Assembly (NCBI GenBank): GCA_963702025.1
Contig: OY969699.1
Location: forward strand, 1,120,001 to 1,184,000
Origin: an uncultured bacterium
GTDB taxonomy: Bacteria > Babelota > Babeliae > Babelales > Vermiphilaceae
Direction: 5' to 3'
Length of the DNA: 64,000 nucleotides
The position numbers and the translations under genes were made by a program. This document shows, piece after piece, positions 49,790-59,256 of the stretch; the stretch's first letter is position 1, and every line of letters starts with the position of its first letter. The notes below the pieces were generated by a model. That model was given only the letters and a program-made list of their open reading frames with translations, was not told the origin of the DNA and did not search any database.

Positions 49790-50734
49790 TTACTCAACTA
49801 CTAACACTTCTTTTTCAAAAAAGTGACACTCTTTGATTAGCGCGCTCAGATCAGACCTAAAATCATCAATCAGCGCAATTGCCTCTTTTTTCTTTTCTTC
49901 ATCGCGCATCAACTCATTAAATTTCGTAAAGAAACTGTTGGCAGCGTTAAAAAGATATCGCGGTTTGCTCTCCATGTTATTTGCTAATAACAGCTCTTGA
50001 TCCAATTGCTGATTATAATATGAAAGAAACGCGATAAATTCTTCAACATTACGCGCCAACGAAAGTAAAGATGGCTCAAGAGATGCATTATGATATTCTT
50101 CACTATATTCCAGCGGAAGATTTTTTATCGTCAACACAAGTACACTGCGACGCAATACTTCTAGATGATCAAGTATTGAATGGCGCGAGAAGAACCAGAT
50201 AAATGATGGAGTTGCCTCAACGTAATTTTTTATCTGGAGCGCCTTGGTTGAACCAACAGCAAGCACCGTTAAATAACCCATGTATTTAACACCATTCCAA
50301 AGCCAGGCAAGTCTGGTTGTTGGGGGATTGATGGAAAACATACTGCGAAGTTGTCCCATTTCTTGTTTGAGAAGAGCCACTTGATAAGCCATATCCGAAG
50401 GGTGTAAGTTATCAGGCATATCAATTTTTTTTGGCAGTATAAAATCAAGGAGACCAAATTGGTACAATCCAATGCCGATTAATGCAGCATTAATTGCAAA
50501 AGAACCATAGGATAATTTGTTCCGCAGCGCAAAATTTTTCTCATATTCTTGTATTAACGAAGTGATGCGTTCTTCGCTTAGTTGCATAACACCATTAGCA
50601 TCTTGCGTAATAGGCACGGGTAATGATACTTCTTGAGGGAACACAATGAGTTGCTTAGCAAGCGCAGGGCCTGAAATTGGTAAAGCGCCGAATGGCAATA
50701 GAGAGAATGAAAGTAAAAATATACTATTTTTCAT
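49790..50734 (-). CDS. Hypothetical membrane protein
   Basis: Signal peptide and two further hydrophobic segments. Confidence 0.65.
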   Translation of the reverse strand: MKNSIFLLSFSLLPFGALPISGPALAKQLIVFPQEVSLPVPITQDANGVMQLSEERITSLIQEYEKNFALRNKLSYGSFAINAALIGIGLYQFGLLDFILPKKIDMPDNLHPSDMAYQVALLKQEMGQLRSMFSINPPTTRLAWLWNGVKYMGYLTVLAVGSTKALQIKNYVEATPSFIWFFSRHSILDHLEVLRRSVLVLTIKNLPLEYSEEYHNASLEPSLLSLARNVEEFIAFLSYYNQQLDQELLLANNMESKPRYLFNAANSFFTKFNELMRDEEKKKEAIALIDDFRSDLSALIKECHFFEKEVLVVE

Positions 50735-50810
50735 GGTAAACACGTTTGTAAATTAAGAGGGTTAATTCGATCTGGATATAGTTCTATGTTACACAATCCG
50801 TGAAAAAACT

Positions 50811-53375
50811 CTAGTCCACCAGCCCTTTAAGGTATCTTCCGGTATGGCTTGCTTTGCAACGAGCAACATCTGCCGGAGTTCCTTGCGCAATAATAGTGCC
50901 CCCTTCATTGCCCGCTTCGGGTCCTAAATCAATTAAATGATCAACTGTTTTAAGAACATCAAGATTGTGCTCAATCACAATCATTGAGTTGCCCTTTTGC
51001 ACCAACTTGTTGAGTACCGCCAGTAGTTTTTCTATATCATGATTATGTAATCCGGTGGTCGGCTCGTCAAGAATATACATCGTTTTATTGCCCCGTTTTG
51101 CCAGCTCATCAACGAGCTTAATACGTTGCGCCTCACCACCTGATAGCGTAATTGCCGGTTGACCAAGCTTAAGATAATCAAGCCCTACTTCGCAAAGCAG
51201 ATTAAGCCGTTTGGCAATCGTAGCATGTGCCGCAAAGAACTGCGCCGCTTCTAATGCAGTCATTTCCAACACATCAGAAATATTTTTATTTTTATAGGCA
51301 ATTTCCAATGTCTGCGCATTATAGCGTTTGCCATGACATGTTTTACAAACCATAGTCACTTCGGGCAAGAAGTGCATAGTCACTTTAATAATACCGTCAC
51401 CATTACATTCAAAGCAGCGCCCTTCGGGCATATTAAAGCTAAATCGCCCCACTTTATAACCGCGGGCATTACTTTCAGGTAAACCCGCAAAGAGTTTACG
51501 AATATCATCAAACACACCCAAATAGGTTGCCGGATTAGAACGCGGGGTGCGCCCAATAGGTGTTTGATCAATTACGACTAAGTGATCGAGCTGTTCAACT
51601 CCTTTTAAATCTTCATCAACTGAGCCAATTTTATGCTTAGCATTTAATGCTCGCTCCAAGGCAGGAACCAGCTCTTGCATTATTAACGTACTTTTACCCG
51701 ACCCGGAAACTCCTGAAATGCCACACACCACACCCAGCGGAAATTTTACCGTGAGATCTTTTAAATTATTTTTTTGCGCGTGCGCCAAGGTAAGATAGCC
51801 GGTTGGCTTACGTAGCGCCTCTATTCTTTGTATAGAACGTTTGCCACATAAATAGGCGCCCGTTAATGATTTAGAATTTTTGGTAATAGTAGCCGGCGTT
51901 CCCACGGCGGTAACCGTTCCGCCATGTATTCCTGCTGCGGGCCCCATATCGATGATATAGTCTGATTGCTTCATGGTATCAATATCGTGCTCAACCACCA
52001 CAACCGTGTTTCCTTGATCCTTTAATTTTTGTAATGTCGCAATTAACCGATCATTATCACGCTGGTGCAAGCCAATGCTCGGCTCATCAAGAATATATAA
52101 TACGCCCGAAAGCGCAGAACCAATTTGGGTCGCCAAACGAATACGCTGGCCTTCTCCGCCAGATAAGGTGCGCGCTGAACGATTTAAAGAAAGATATGAT
52201 AATCCAACATCACGTAAAAAGGTAAGCCGCGCAACAATCTCTTTGATCAAACTTGCGCCAATTTCCCGTTCACTTTCGGTTAATTTTACCATGTTGAAAA
52301 AGGCAAGCAATTCGCTCACCGATTTATTACCCAGGTCAAAAATATTTGCATCGCCAATTGTAACGGCAAGGGCCAATTTATTTAGTCTTTTACCATAACA
52401 AGAAGAACAGGTTTGCTCTTTTGCATATTTATTGCCAAAAAAATCGGGATAATTAGATTTCCAGGCTTCTGGATCATGAGCATTCCACGGCCATTCATGG
52501 ATAATGCCAAGGCCGCTACATTTTTCACAGGCCCCAATAGGCGAGTTAAATGAGAACAATCGCGGCTCTAATTCAGGAATTGATATGGCACAAGTGGTAC
52601 ACATGCGATTTGATGAATAAAGATATTCCCGATCACCAACAATTACTTTACAGGTTCCTTGAGCCAATTTATCAGCAGTTTCTAATGCCTCAGTCAAACG
52701 CGCTTTTTCTTCTGCTTTTACCTCAATCGCATCAATTAATAAATCAATTGAATGTTTGTAAGTTTTTCCCAGCTTTAATTGTTTAATTTCATCTTCGGAT
52801 TTGAATCGATAAATCTTACCATCGATAGCAAAGCGATAAAATCCTTTTTTAAAGAGTACACTCAGCTCATTAATAAATTCACCCTTTTTTGCTATAGCTA
52901 TAGGCGCCGCAATGGTAATCAGATCCTCCTTAAAATTGGCAATCACCATCTGTCCTATTTTTTCAGGTGATTCGGCACTAATGGGCATATGGCAATCCGG
53001 ACAGTGTACGCGGCCAATACGGGCAAATAACACCCTTAAATAATCCGAAATTTCAGTGATAGTACCTACTGTAGACCGAGGATTTGCCCCTACTGTCTTT
53101 TGCTCAATAGCAATCGAAGGGCACAGGCCATCTATGCGATCAAAATCAGGCTTTTTGGCAATTCCTAGAAATTGGCGGGCATACGAGGATAAAGATTCCA
53201 TATAACGCCTTTTACCCTCAGTAAAAAGAATATCGAGCGCTAAAGAACTCTTTCCCGAACCAGAAGGTCCGGTTATAACCGTCAATTTCCCCTTAGGGAT
53301 AGCTACGTCAACATTCTTTAAGTTATGTTCACGAGCCCCATAAACCTTTATCCAATCGTTTTTTTGGTCAGCCAT
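50811..53375 (-). CDS. uvrA: Excinuclease ABC subunit A (short form)
   Basis: GPSGSGKSSL, LSGGEGQRIRLA, GVSGSGKST, LSGGEAQRIKL and zinc-binding CxxC pairs. ATG follows GGAGG. Confidence 0.96.
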   Translation of the reverse strand: MADQKNDWIKVYGAREHNLKNVDVAIPKGKLTVITGPSGSGKSSLALDILFTEGKRRYMESLSSYARQFLGIAKKPDFDRIDGLCPSIAIEQKTVGANPRSTVGTITEISDYLRVLFARIGRVHCPDCHMPISAESPEKIGQMVIANFKEDLITIAAPIAIAKKGEFINELSVLFKKGFYRFAIDGKIYRFKSEDEIKQLKLGKTYKHSIDLLIDAIEVKAEEKARLTEALETADKLAQGTCKVIVGDREYLYSSNRMCTTCAISIPELEPRLFSFNSPIGACEKCSGLGIIHEWPWNAHDPEAWKSNYPDFFGNKYAKEQTCSSCYGKRLNKLALAVTIGDANIFDLGNKSVSELLAFFNMVKLTESEREIGASLIKEIVARLTFLRDVGLSYLSLNRSARTLSGGEGQRIRLATQIGSALSGVLYILDEPSIGLHQRDNDRLIATLQKLKDQGNTVVVVEHDIDTMKQSDYIIDMGPAAGIHGGTVTAVGTPATITKNSKSLTGAYLCGKRSIQRIEALRKPTGYLTLAHAQKNNLKDLTVKFPLGVVCGISGVSGSGKSTLIMQELVPALERALNAKHKIGSVDEDLKGVEQLDHLVVIDQTPIGRTPRSNPATYLGVFDDIRKLFAGLPESNARGYKVGRFSFNMPEGRCFECNGDGIIKVTMHFLPEVTMVCKTCHGKRYNAQTLEIAYKNKNISDVLEMTALEAAQFFAAHATIAKRLNLLCEVGLDYLKLGQPAITLSGGEAQRIKLVDELAKRGNKTMYILDEPTTGLHNHDIEKLLAVLNKLVQKGNSMIVIEHNLDVLKTVDHLIDLGPEAGNEGGTIIAQGTPADVARCKASHTGRYLKGLVD

Positions 53376-53571
53376 ATCATTACCTCCATGAATAGTTACA
53401 AATAGCAATTTTTGCCTATTTTTCCAAATTTGTCAATGTTTCATAGTAGCACATTTTAAAGAAAAGTAAAAGGGGTACTGATAGGCGATTTCCAGGATGC
53501 CTCTCCTTAATTCTTCATTTATATTGATTTCCTATCTGAAATTATTGTATTATAAAATAAAAGGAGAAAAA

Positions 53572-53916
53572 ATGAAGAAATTATTATTAACCTTATCTCT
53601 GGCAGCTTTAATGCCAGCACTTGTTCAAGCAGCACCTATTGCTCATAGCACATCAGCTGTTTCGTACAAAGAAACGTATAAATCTAAACTTGCCGTTTCT
53701 TTTGGAGAAGAGCCTTTTAGCTATATTCTCGTTGGCAAAGCAAGTGGTGGCTTTGTTAATCTTAACCCTCAAACTGGAGAATATACCTTTGTATTTGACC
53801 CTAATTCTACCCTGGGTCGCTTTTCTTTTAAGGCAACTGATGCTGAAGGCAAAACTAGCAATGATGCAATAGTTGAAATAAAACGAAAACCTGGCACTGA
53901 ACAGCAAAGAGGTTAA
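53572..53916 (+). CDS. Small secreted Ig/cadherin-like protein
   Basis: AAGGAG RBS, signal peptide, and LNPQTGEYTF...FSFKATD. Confidence 0.7.
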   Translation: MKKLLLTLSLAALMPALVQAAPIAHSTSAVSYKETYKSKLAVSFGEEPFSYILVGKASGGFVNLNPQTGEYTFVFDPNSTLGRFSFKATDAEGKTSNDAIVEIKRKPGTEQQRG

Positions 53917-53954
53917 TTGTAGCTAAAAAATGTTAAAATTTGCAAAGGAGAAAC

Positions 53955-54329
53955 ATGAAGAAATTATTTTTAACAGGTTTTGCAATTGCCTCATTAATTG
54001 CATTAAATTTACAAGCACAGCCAGTTGCGCAAAATCATATGGTTTTTACAGGTTTTCAAGTATATCATGGTGGTCTTTCTAATTCAGTACAAGGTGGAAT
54101 TGCCCCGCTAACTTATACACTAGTTGGCAATCCACTAGGTGGAACTTTAGCTCTTAATGCCAATACTGGCGATTTTACTTTTACCTTTAATCCGGCTCTA
54201 AATCCACTAACATTTGCTGATGGGATTATGTTTGGAGAATTTCACTATCGCGTAACTGATGCCAACGGAATGGAAGACTTTGCGGCTGTATATTTGAATT
54301 ATGATCCATCTATACAAGTAAAAGGATAA
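53955..54329 (+). CDS. Small secreted Ig/cadherin-like protein (paralog)
   Basis: AAGGAG RBS, signal peptide, and GGIAPLTY...LNANTGDFTF...YRVTDANG. Confidence 0.7.
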   Translation: MKKLFLTGFAIASLIALNLQAQPVAQNHMVFTGFQVYHGGLSNSVQGGIAPLTYTLVGNPLGGTLALNANTGDFTFTFNPALNPLTFADGIMFGEFHYRVTDANGMEDFAAVYLNYDPSIQVKG

Positions 54330-54784
54330 GTAAATTTATTGCTCGAACAGCTGGATAATACATACGCGCGGATTTTCCATTTCTGATTGCTCAAATCCAT
54401 CGGCACCTAAAATAGCTATTTTTAGACCTTCTAATTTTTTCATAGATTTACCTTTTTAAGAAAAGTAAATCATGGGGCAAAGTATGGCAATATTTTTATT
54501 ACCAATTATTTATTTGACTATTTGAATAAAATATGCTTTACTAGATTTAAATAACCATTTTAAAGAGAAAAACATGGAAAATAATTTAACAAATTTCTGT
54601 ATCGAAGAGGCTCTCATTGAGAGCTTTATTTTCATGTCCAGTTTCTCCTCATCCCATTTCCCATTTTCAATTCTCAAGAAGCGCCCCTAGCAGGGCAATC
54701 AATTTCGTATGCAGAAGCAGACTTCTGCACAATCAATTATAATTTTGTTTTTTATTATTATTTTTTTAATTTTTTGGAATTATT

Positions 54785-55223
54785 ATGGAATTTTTTAATT
54801 ATCGAAATTTATTTTTATTATTTTGTATAGCCATTTCAGTTCATGCGATGGAAACCAATCACAACCGGCGTATAGCAACAAATGTTGCTGCGCCAGTGTG
54901 TGTCCCTCAAGAGTTCCCCAAGCGTTTTTAATATAAACCCCAATTGGCACTTAATGCCTGCCGACATCTTTAACCTTATTGCATCAACCCTAGTTATTAA
55001 CAGATGGAACCGAAACGGCCTGGAAGATCTAATCAATCTCTCTCTTGTTTGTCGACGATTTCGTAATCTTACTGTTAATTCGCCTCAATTTATAAATTTA
55101 CGCGAGATGGTGCATGCCCAAGAAAGAGCGGACGCCCAAGCACGAAGAGCCGCTGAAAGACAACAAGATGCTGAGCGCGAAATGGATAGGTTATATTCCG
55201 TAGGAAGACGAGGACGTTATTAA
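54785..55223 (+). pseudogene. Secreted F-box protein split by a frameshift
   Basis: ORF 54785-54931 (MEFFNYRNLFLLFCIAISVHA-MET...) overlaps the +1-frame ORF ending at 55223, which contains WHLMPADIFNLIA...DLINLSLVCRRFRNL. Confidence 0.65.
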
Positions 55224-55234
55224 AATCGATACTT

Positions 55235-55267
55235 GGGCGAATCGATTGCTGTTGGTTCGCCCTTTTT
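55235..55267 (+). terminator. Intrinsic terminator
   Basis: gggcgaatcga...ttggttcgccc followed by ttttt. Confidence 0.6.
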
Positions 55268-55337
55268 AACGAAACTAATAGTAATCTTTTGCAATTTAGC
55301 TTAAAAATCGTATAATTATCTCATCCTTAAATTATAT

Positions 55338-55414
55338 GGTGGAAGTAGCTCAGTTGGTAGAGCATCGGGTTGTGGTTCCGAGGGTCATGGGTTCGATCCC
55401 CATCTTTCACCCCA
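55338..55414 (+). tRNA. tRNA-His(GTG)
   Basis: G-1 GTGGAAG..GCTC..GAGC, anticodon loop TTGTGGT, TTCGATC, and CTTTCAC C CCA. Confidence 0.95.
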
Positions 55415-55702
55415 TACTACGCCTATGTGGGCCTTCCTATTTCGCCAAGGCTTCGTCGGACGAGTCCGGTTCGCTTGCACTTCGAAGCTCGAAGAGCAAA
55501 GTAGTGGCAAGCTACGCCTGGCTATCGCCAGTTAAGGAAAATTATATTTTTCCGCTCATCCTGAGGAGCAGCTGAAAGCTGCGTCTCGAAGGACGTATGG
55601 CACGGCCAGTTAAGGTAAAATTTATTAAAAAGCGGAGTTTATCCTGAGCGAGCTTTGCGAGTCGAAGGGCCTGGCTATCGCCAGTTAAGATATAAATTTA
55701 TT
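55415..55702. repeat. Palindromic-element cluster and three short direct repeats 3' of tRNA-His
   Basis: gccagttaag-containing repeats at about 55517, 55596 and 55669, separated by different palindromic elements. Confidence 0.8.
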
Positions 55703-55725
55703 AGCTTATAAATAGGTCTCATGAC

Positions 55726-55959
55726 ATGAAATTTGAATTTTGTCCTGAATTAATTCTGGGTACCGCCCTCCTTTTATGGGGCTTATCGATTATTATTAAA
55801 GTGGTTACAGGCATTGATTTACCAGTATTTAAAACCTTACTGGCCATTTTCTTGATCTATATTGGTTTAAATATACTTTTTGGTCCACGCTGGAAAAGCT
55901 ATTGCAAGCGTACCATTTACACTTACACGATCAATGAAGATGAACATGAAGAAAAATAA
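55726..55959 (+). CDS. Small two-TM membrane protein
   Basis: LILGTALLLWGLSIII and LLAIFLIYIGLNILFG segments. Confidence 0.65.
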   Translation: MKFEFCPELILGTALLLWGLSIIIKVVTGIDLPVFKTLLAIFLIYIGLNILFGPRWKSYCKRTIYTYTINEDEHEEK

Positions 55960-56034
55960 TCAAATTCTGCTTGCAACAACTGCAAAAAAACTATACATTT
56001 ACTAACGTTCTTTCTTTTATTCGAAAAATCTAAT

Positions 56035-56110
56035 CGGGGCATGGCGCAATTGGTAGCGCACTCGCTTTGGGAGCGAGGGGTTGTCAGTTCGAGTCTGGCT
56101 GCCCCGACCA
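56035..56110 (+). tRNA. tRNA-Pro(TGG)
   Basis: CGGGGCA..GCGC..GCGC, CTCGC TTTGGGA GCGAG, TTCGAGT, and TGCCCCG A CCA. Confidence 0.95.
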
Positions 56111-56113
56111 GAA

Positions 56114-56144
56114 TCCTTCGTAGTTCAGTGTATGCGAAGTTGGA
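56114..56144. repeat. Palindromic element immediately 3' of tRNA-Pro
   Basis: tccttcgtagttcagtgtatgcgaagttgga is related, as a reverse complement, to the insert at 24043-24068. Confidence 0.65.
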
Positions 56145-56280
56145 CCACTTTCCCTAGTTCATTGTTTTTTTTCAGCACATTTACAAGAATAATTTGACTA
56201 TCCTCCTGCTTCAGTTTAACCTCAAATTACCGTAAATACCGTTACCATTTTTTATACTCAAATAAGCAAACAGGAGTAGT

Positions 56281-57180
56281 ATGTCTTGTAAAAAGGTTAT
56301 TTCTTTTTTGGCCCTTTTTCTTATTCACCAAGCCGGCGGGGTAACACTCGATTCAACCGCATATCAACATGATGCAAAAAAATGGAAAAATAAATATTTA
56401 GTCAACGGTTCTGGCTTAACCTCCTCTGATTTGCAGTACATTGCTAATTTATTTTACTTTTCATTATTACGTTCGGTTGCAACGCTTGCCGCGCAAGAAG
56501 CTGCCGTGCCAGCGCTCGATACCATGTGGCGCGGCTGGCAGAATATCGCACAAACCCGTATGAATCCTTCACATTCTTTGCCGTATCCGTTAAATTACCA
56601 CGAACAACAACAAACGTATGATTTTTTTATTCAAGCACAACAGATACATCGCTCGGGTGGCCTCACCTATGCACATGCATCCCAAGTAGTGGTGAAAGAA
56701 AATGTAGTATCTGCTGATGCGCTATCTGCAGTACAAGAAGTACGCCAGAACGCGCGAACCGTTATCATGGAAGCATTTTTAGATATCAAAAAAATATTGG
56801 GCGCCGCTTATAATTTTGCGTCAGAACATCTGCGCGAAGAATCGCTCTATAAGGATGATGAAAATCTTCGTTGGGACCTAGTTGATACAATCATCTCGTA
56901 TATTCCTAAGCTTGCATCTCAATCATTTATTGAAGCGGAAAAAATACAAACTCAAGCAAGCGAAAAAAGTTGGGAAATTATCCAGAACATAATTGAGGTA
57001 AACACTCAAATTTGGAATGCCGTTGAAACTGCCCGTGCATCATATTATCTAGCCTACTATCGTGAAATCATTCAATTTATGTATGAGCAAGCTATTGATA
57101 CAAACTACTTGCTAGTCGCATTTAATGAAAATGGCATAACCCCAACGCAAGAACGTGATGAATTATTGCCGCTTGTTTAA
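56281..57180 (+). CDS. Secreted helical hypothetical protein
   Basis: AGGAG RBS and signal peptide. Confidence 0.72.
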   Translation: MSCKKVISFLALFLIHQAGGVTLDSTAYQHDAKKWKNKYLVNGSGLTSSDLQYIANLFYFSLLRSVATLAAQEAAVPALDTMWRGWQNIAQTRMNPSHSLPYPLNYHEQQQTYDFFIQAQQIHRSGGLTYAHASQVVVKENVVSADALSAVQEVRQNARTVIMEAFLDIKKILGAAYNFASEHLREESLYKDDENLRWDLVDTIISYIPKLASQSFIEAEKIQTQASEKSWEIIQNIIEVNTQIWNAVETARASYYLAYYREIIQFMYEQAIDTNYLLVAFNENGITPTQERDELLPLV

Positions 57181-57223
57181 TGAAAATAATATGTGTATTT
57201 ACTTTACATAAAAGGAGTCCTTT

Positions 57224-58126
57224 ATGAACAAAAATAGTTTATTGTTACTCGCCTTAAGTGCCGGTAACCTGTCATCAGTATTTGCTGATAATGAAAAAAA
57301 ATCGATTAGCGGTGAAGATATTATACAACATGCAAACGTTTGGGTATCAGACCATGCCCTTTCCCTAAAGCACGATGATCTTTGTATCCTTGCCAACCTT
57401 TTATATGTTAATTGTGAATTTCTGGATCTTGAAAGCAGATTACGGTCAATGATTTACACAAGCCAAAATCAATTAGCAGCAATTCTGGTTTGCAAACCGG
57501 AAGATTTTTCAAAAATTATTGAATTAAATGCCTCGGCATTAAAGGGAATATGGGAAGCGCTTCTTCCACAACGTGAAAATGCCAGATCCGTCGGAGTTCA
57601 AATTGACAATTACTTAAAAAGTGAATGCTCTTCGGAATTAAAAACGATTATTGACGGGCTGGAAAAATATACACAAGCGATTGTATCGCAGCTAATTCGC
57701 CAAGACCAACAAAAAATTGAGAACAAAGTGCAAGAATGCAATGCTACTCTAAAAGGACAAGCAGAAAAAACAAAAGAGTATATAGGCATTTTGGATGCAG
57801 TGCTCGAACACAAAAATCCATATTTGCAAGAAGGGCAAGATGCTGCAATAACTGATTTTAACGTTATTTCTTCCGTCGCCGATTCTCTTTTTGCCTCCTG
57901 TAAATTAATGAACGATGCCACAACGGTAATGAAATACATGTCATTGGATGTGATGCACATTAATAGGTTCGTATTCCAAATTTTTTATAAAACGTTATAC
58001 GAAAGATTAAAGAAAGAGAACATGCTACCAATGCCTCTTATGTTCAATGCCCAAAAAGGTAAACTATGCATGGAAGAATGCAACGTTAATTTACCGGCAC
58101 TTGTCGAAACACCAAAAAAATCGTAA
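57224..58126 (+). CDS. Secreted helical hypothetical protein (probable paralog of the upstream gene)
   Basis: AAGGAG RBS and signal peptide. DLCILANLLY matches DLQYIANLFY in the upstream gene. Confidence 0.72.
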   Translation: MNKNSLLLLALSAGNLSSVFADNEKKSISGEDIIQHANVWVSDHALSLKHDDLCILANLLYVNCEFLDLESRLRSMIYTSQNQLAAILVCKPEDFSKIIELNASALKGIWEALLPQRENARSVGVQIDNYLKSECSSELKTIIDGLEKYTQAIVSQLIRQDQQKIENKVQECNATLKGQAEKTKEYIGILDAVLEHKNPYLQEGQDAAITDFNVISSVADSLFASCKLMNDATTVMKYMSLDVMHINRFVFQIFYKTLYERLKKENMLPMPLMFNAQKGKLCMEECNVNLPALVETPKKS

Positions 58127-58136
58127 ATAAATAACT

Positions 58137-59243
58137 ATGTTACAGATCGATCGTCGATATTTTCGTTATTTTGACTGGATAAACTTCTTTCTTATTATCG
58201 GCATGTCGGCGATCGGTCTTTTTTTTATTTTCAGCGCTACCTATAAGCCTGAGCAACCCTCTTCAATATTTTTTAAAAAACAATTATTTGGCATCATATC
58301 AGGAATAGTAATTTATCTTCTTTGTTCCGCAACCGATTTTCGCTCATTACTGCGCTGGGGCTATTTTGCCTATTTTGTTATACTTTTTCTTTTAGCTTTT
58401 ACCATTATAAAAGGCAGTATTGGCATGGGGGGCCAACGTTGGTTGGATCTTGGCTTTTTTCGCTTCCAACCATCTGAACTGGCAAAACTATTTTTTCCTG
58501 CGTATGCAACCTATTATTTTTATACCGAAAAAGATTCTCTCTCTTTCACATTTATGCAATTTCTTCCCGTATTATCCGTTTTGGGCATTAGTTTTCTGTT
58601 GATACTCAAACAACCCGATTTAGGTACCGGTTTGGTCCTGTTATTTGCTGGCCTAATCATGGTCTGGTTAGCAGGTATTAATAAACGATTTTTTATCTAT
58701 GGCGGCCTCATAGTACTTATTACGGCACCCGTCTCCTGGCATCTATTGCGACCATATCAAAAACAAAGAGTTTTAGTGTTTTTAGGACAAGGCGACAGCA
58801 AAAAGGAACGGTATCAGATTGAACAATCGCAAATTGCTATAGGATCGGGAGGCTTACAAGGCAAAGGACTCTTGAAGGGCACTCAAAACAAATTACAGTT
58901 TCTGCCAGAAAGCCGCACCGATTTTATTTTTTCAGTAATTGCCGAAGAAACAGGATTTATTGGCGCGGTTATCATTCTGCTAATATTTGCAATTCTTTTT
59001 TTTCAGTCATTGTGGATAGCAGTTTCAATTAAATCCCCCTTTGTTCAGTTACTGGCAATAGGTCTTGTTTTACCAATAATTATTTCTACCCTCATTAACA
59101 TTGCCATGGTAACTGGATTAATGCCCATTGTGGGAATACCGTTACCCTTTATGAGTTACGGCCTGAGCAATTTATGGGTTAATTTTGCAAGCATGGGGTG
59201 GTTCAACGCAATTGCAATACGAAGATTTTACTGGGGAGAATAA
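58137..59243 (+). CDS. rodA: Rod shape-determining SEDS glycosyltransferase RodA
   Basis: GGQRWL, FQPSELAK, QPDLGT, IAIGSGG, LPESRTDFIF and GIPLPFMSYG motifs. Confidence 0.93.
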   Translation: MLQIDRRYFRYFDWINFFLIIGMSAIGLFFIFSATYKPEQPSSIFFKKQLFGIISGIVIYLLCSATDFRSLLRWGYFAYFVILFLLAFTIIKGSIGMGGQRWLDLGFFRFQPSELAKLFFPAYATYYFYTEKDSLSFTFMQFLPVLSVLGISFLLILKQPDLGTGLVLLFAGLIMVWLAGINKRFFIYGGLIVLITAPVSWHLLRPYQKQRVLVFLGQGDSKKERYQIEQSQIAIGSGGLQGKGLLKGTQNKLQFLPESRTDFIFSVIAEETGFIGAVIILLIFAILFFQSLWIAVSIKSPFVQLLAIGLVLPIIISTLINIAMVTGLMPIVGIPLPFMSYGLSNLWVNFASMGWFNAIAIRRFYWGE

Positions 59244-59256
59244 TCAACTTCGCTGG

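Noticed and set aside
54330..54784. ncRNA or small ORF (ATG 54574, 38 aa) in the AT-rich gap
   Set aside because: There is only a short inverted repeat near 54445-54471 and no recognisable RNA or protein family.
55336..55575. 79-aa ORF
   Set aside because: It is a translation of tRNA-His plus palindromic elements.
55517..55702. CRISPR array after tRNA-His
   Set aside because: There are only three degenerate repeats, the spacers are themselves repeated genomic elements, and no cas genes are present.
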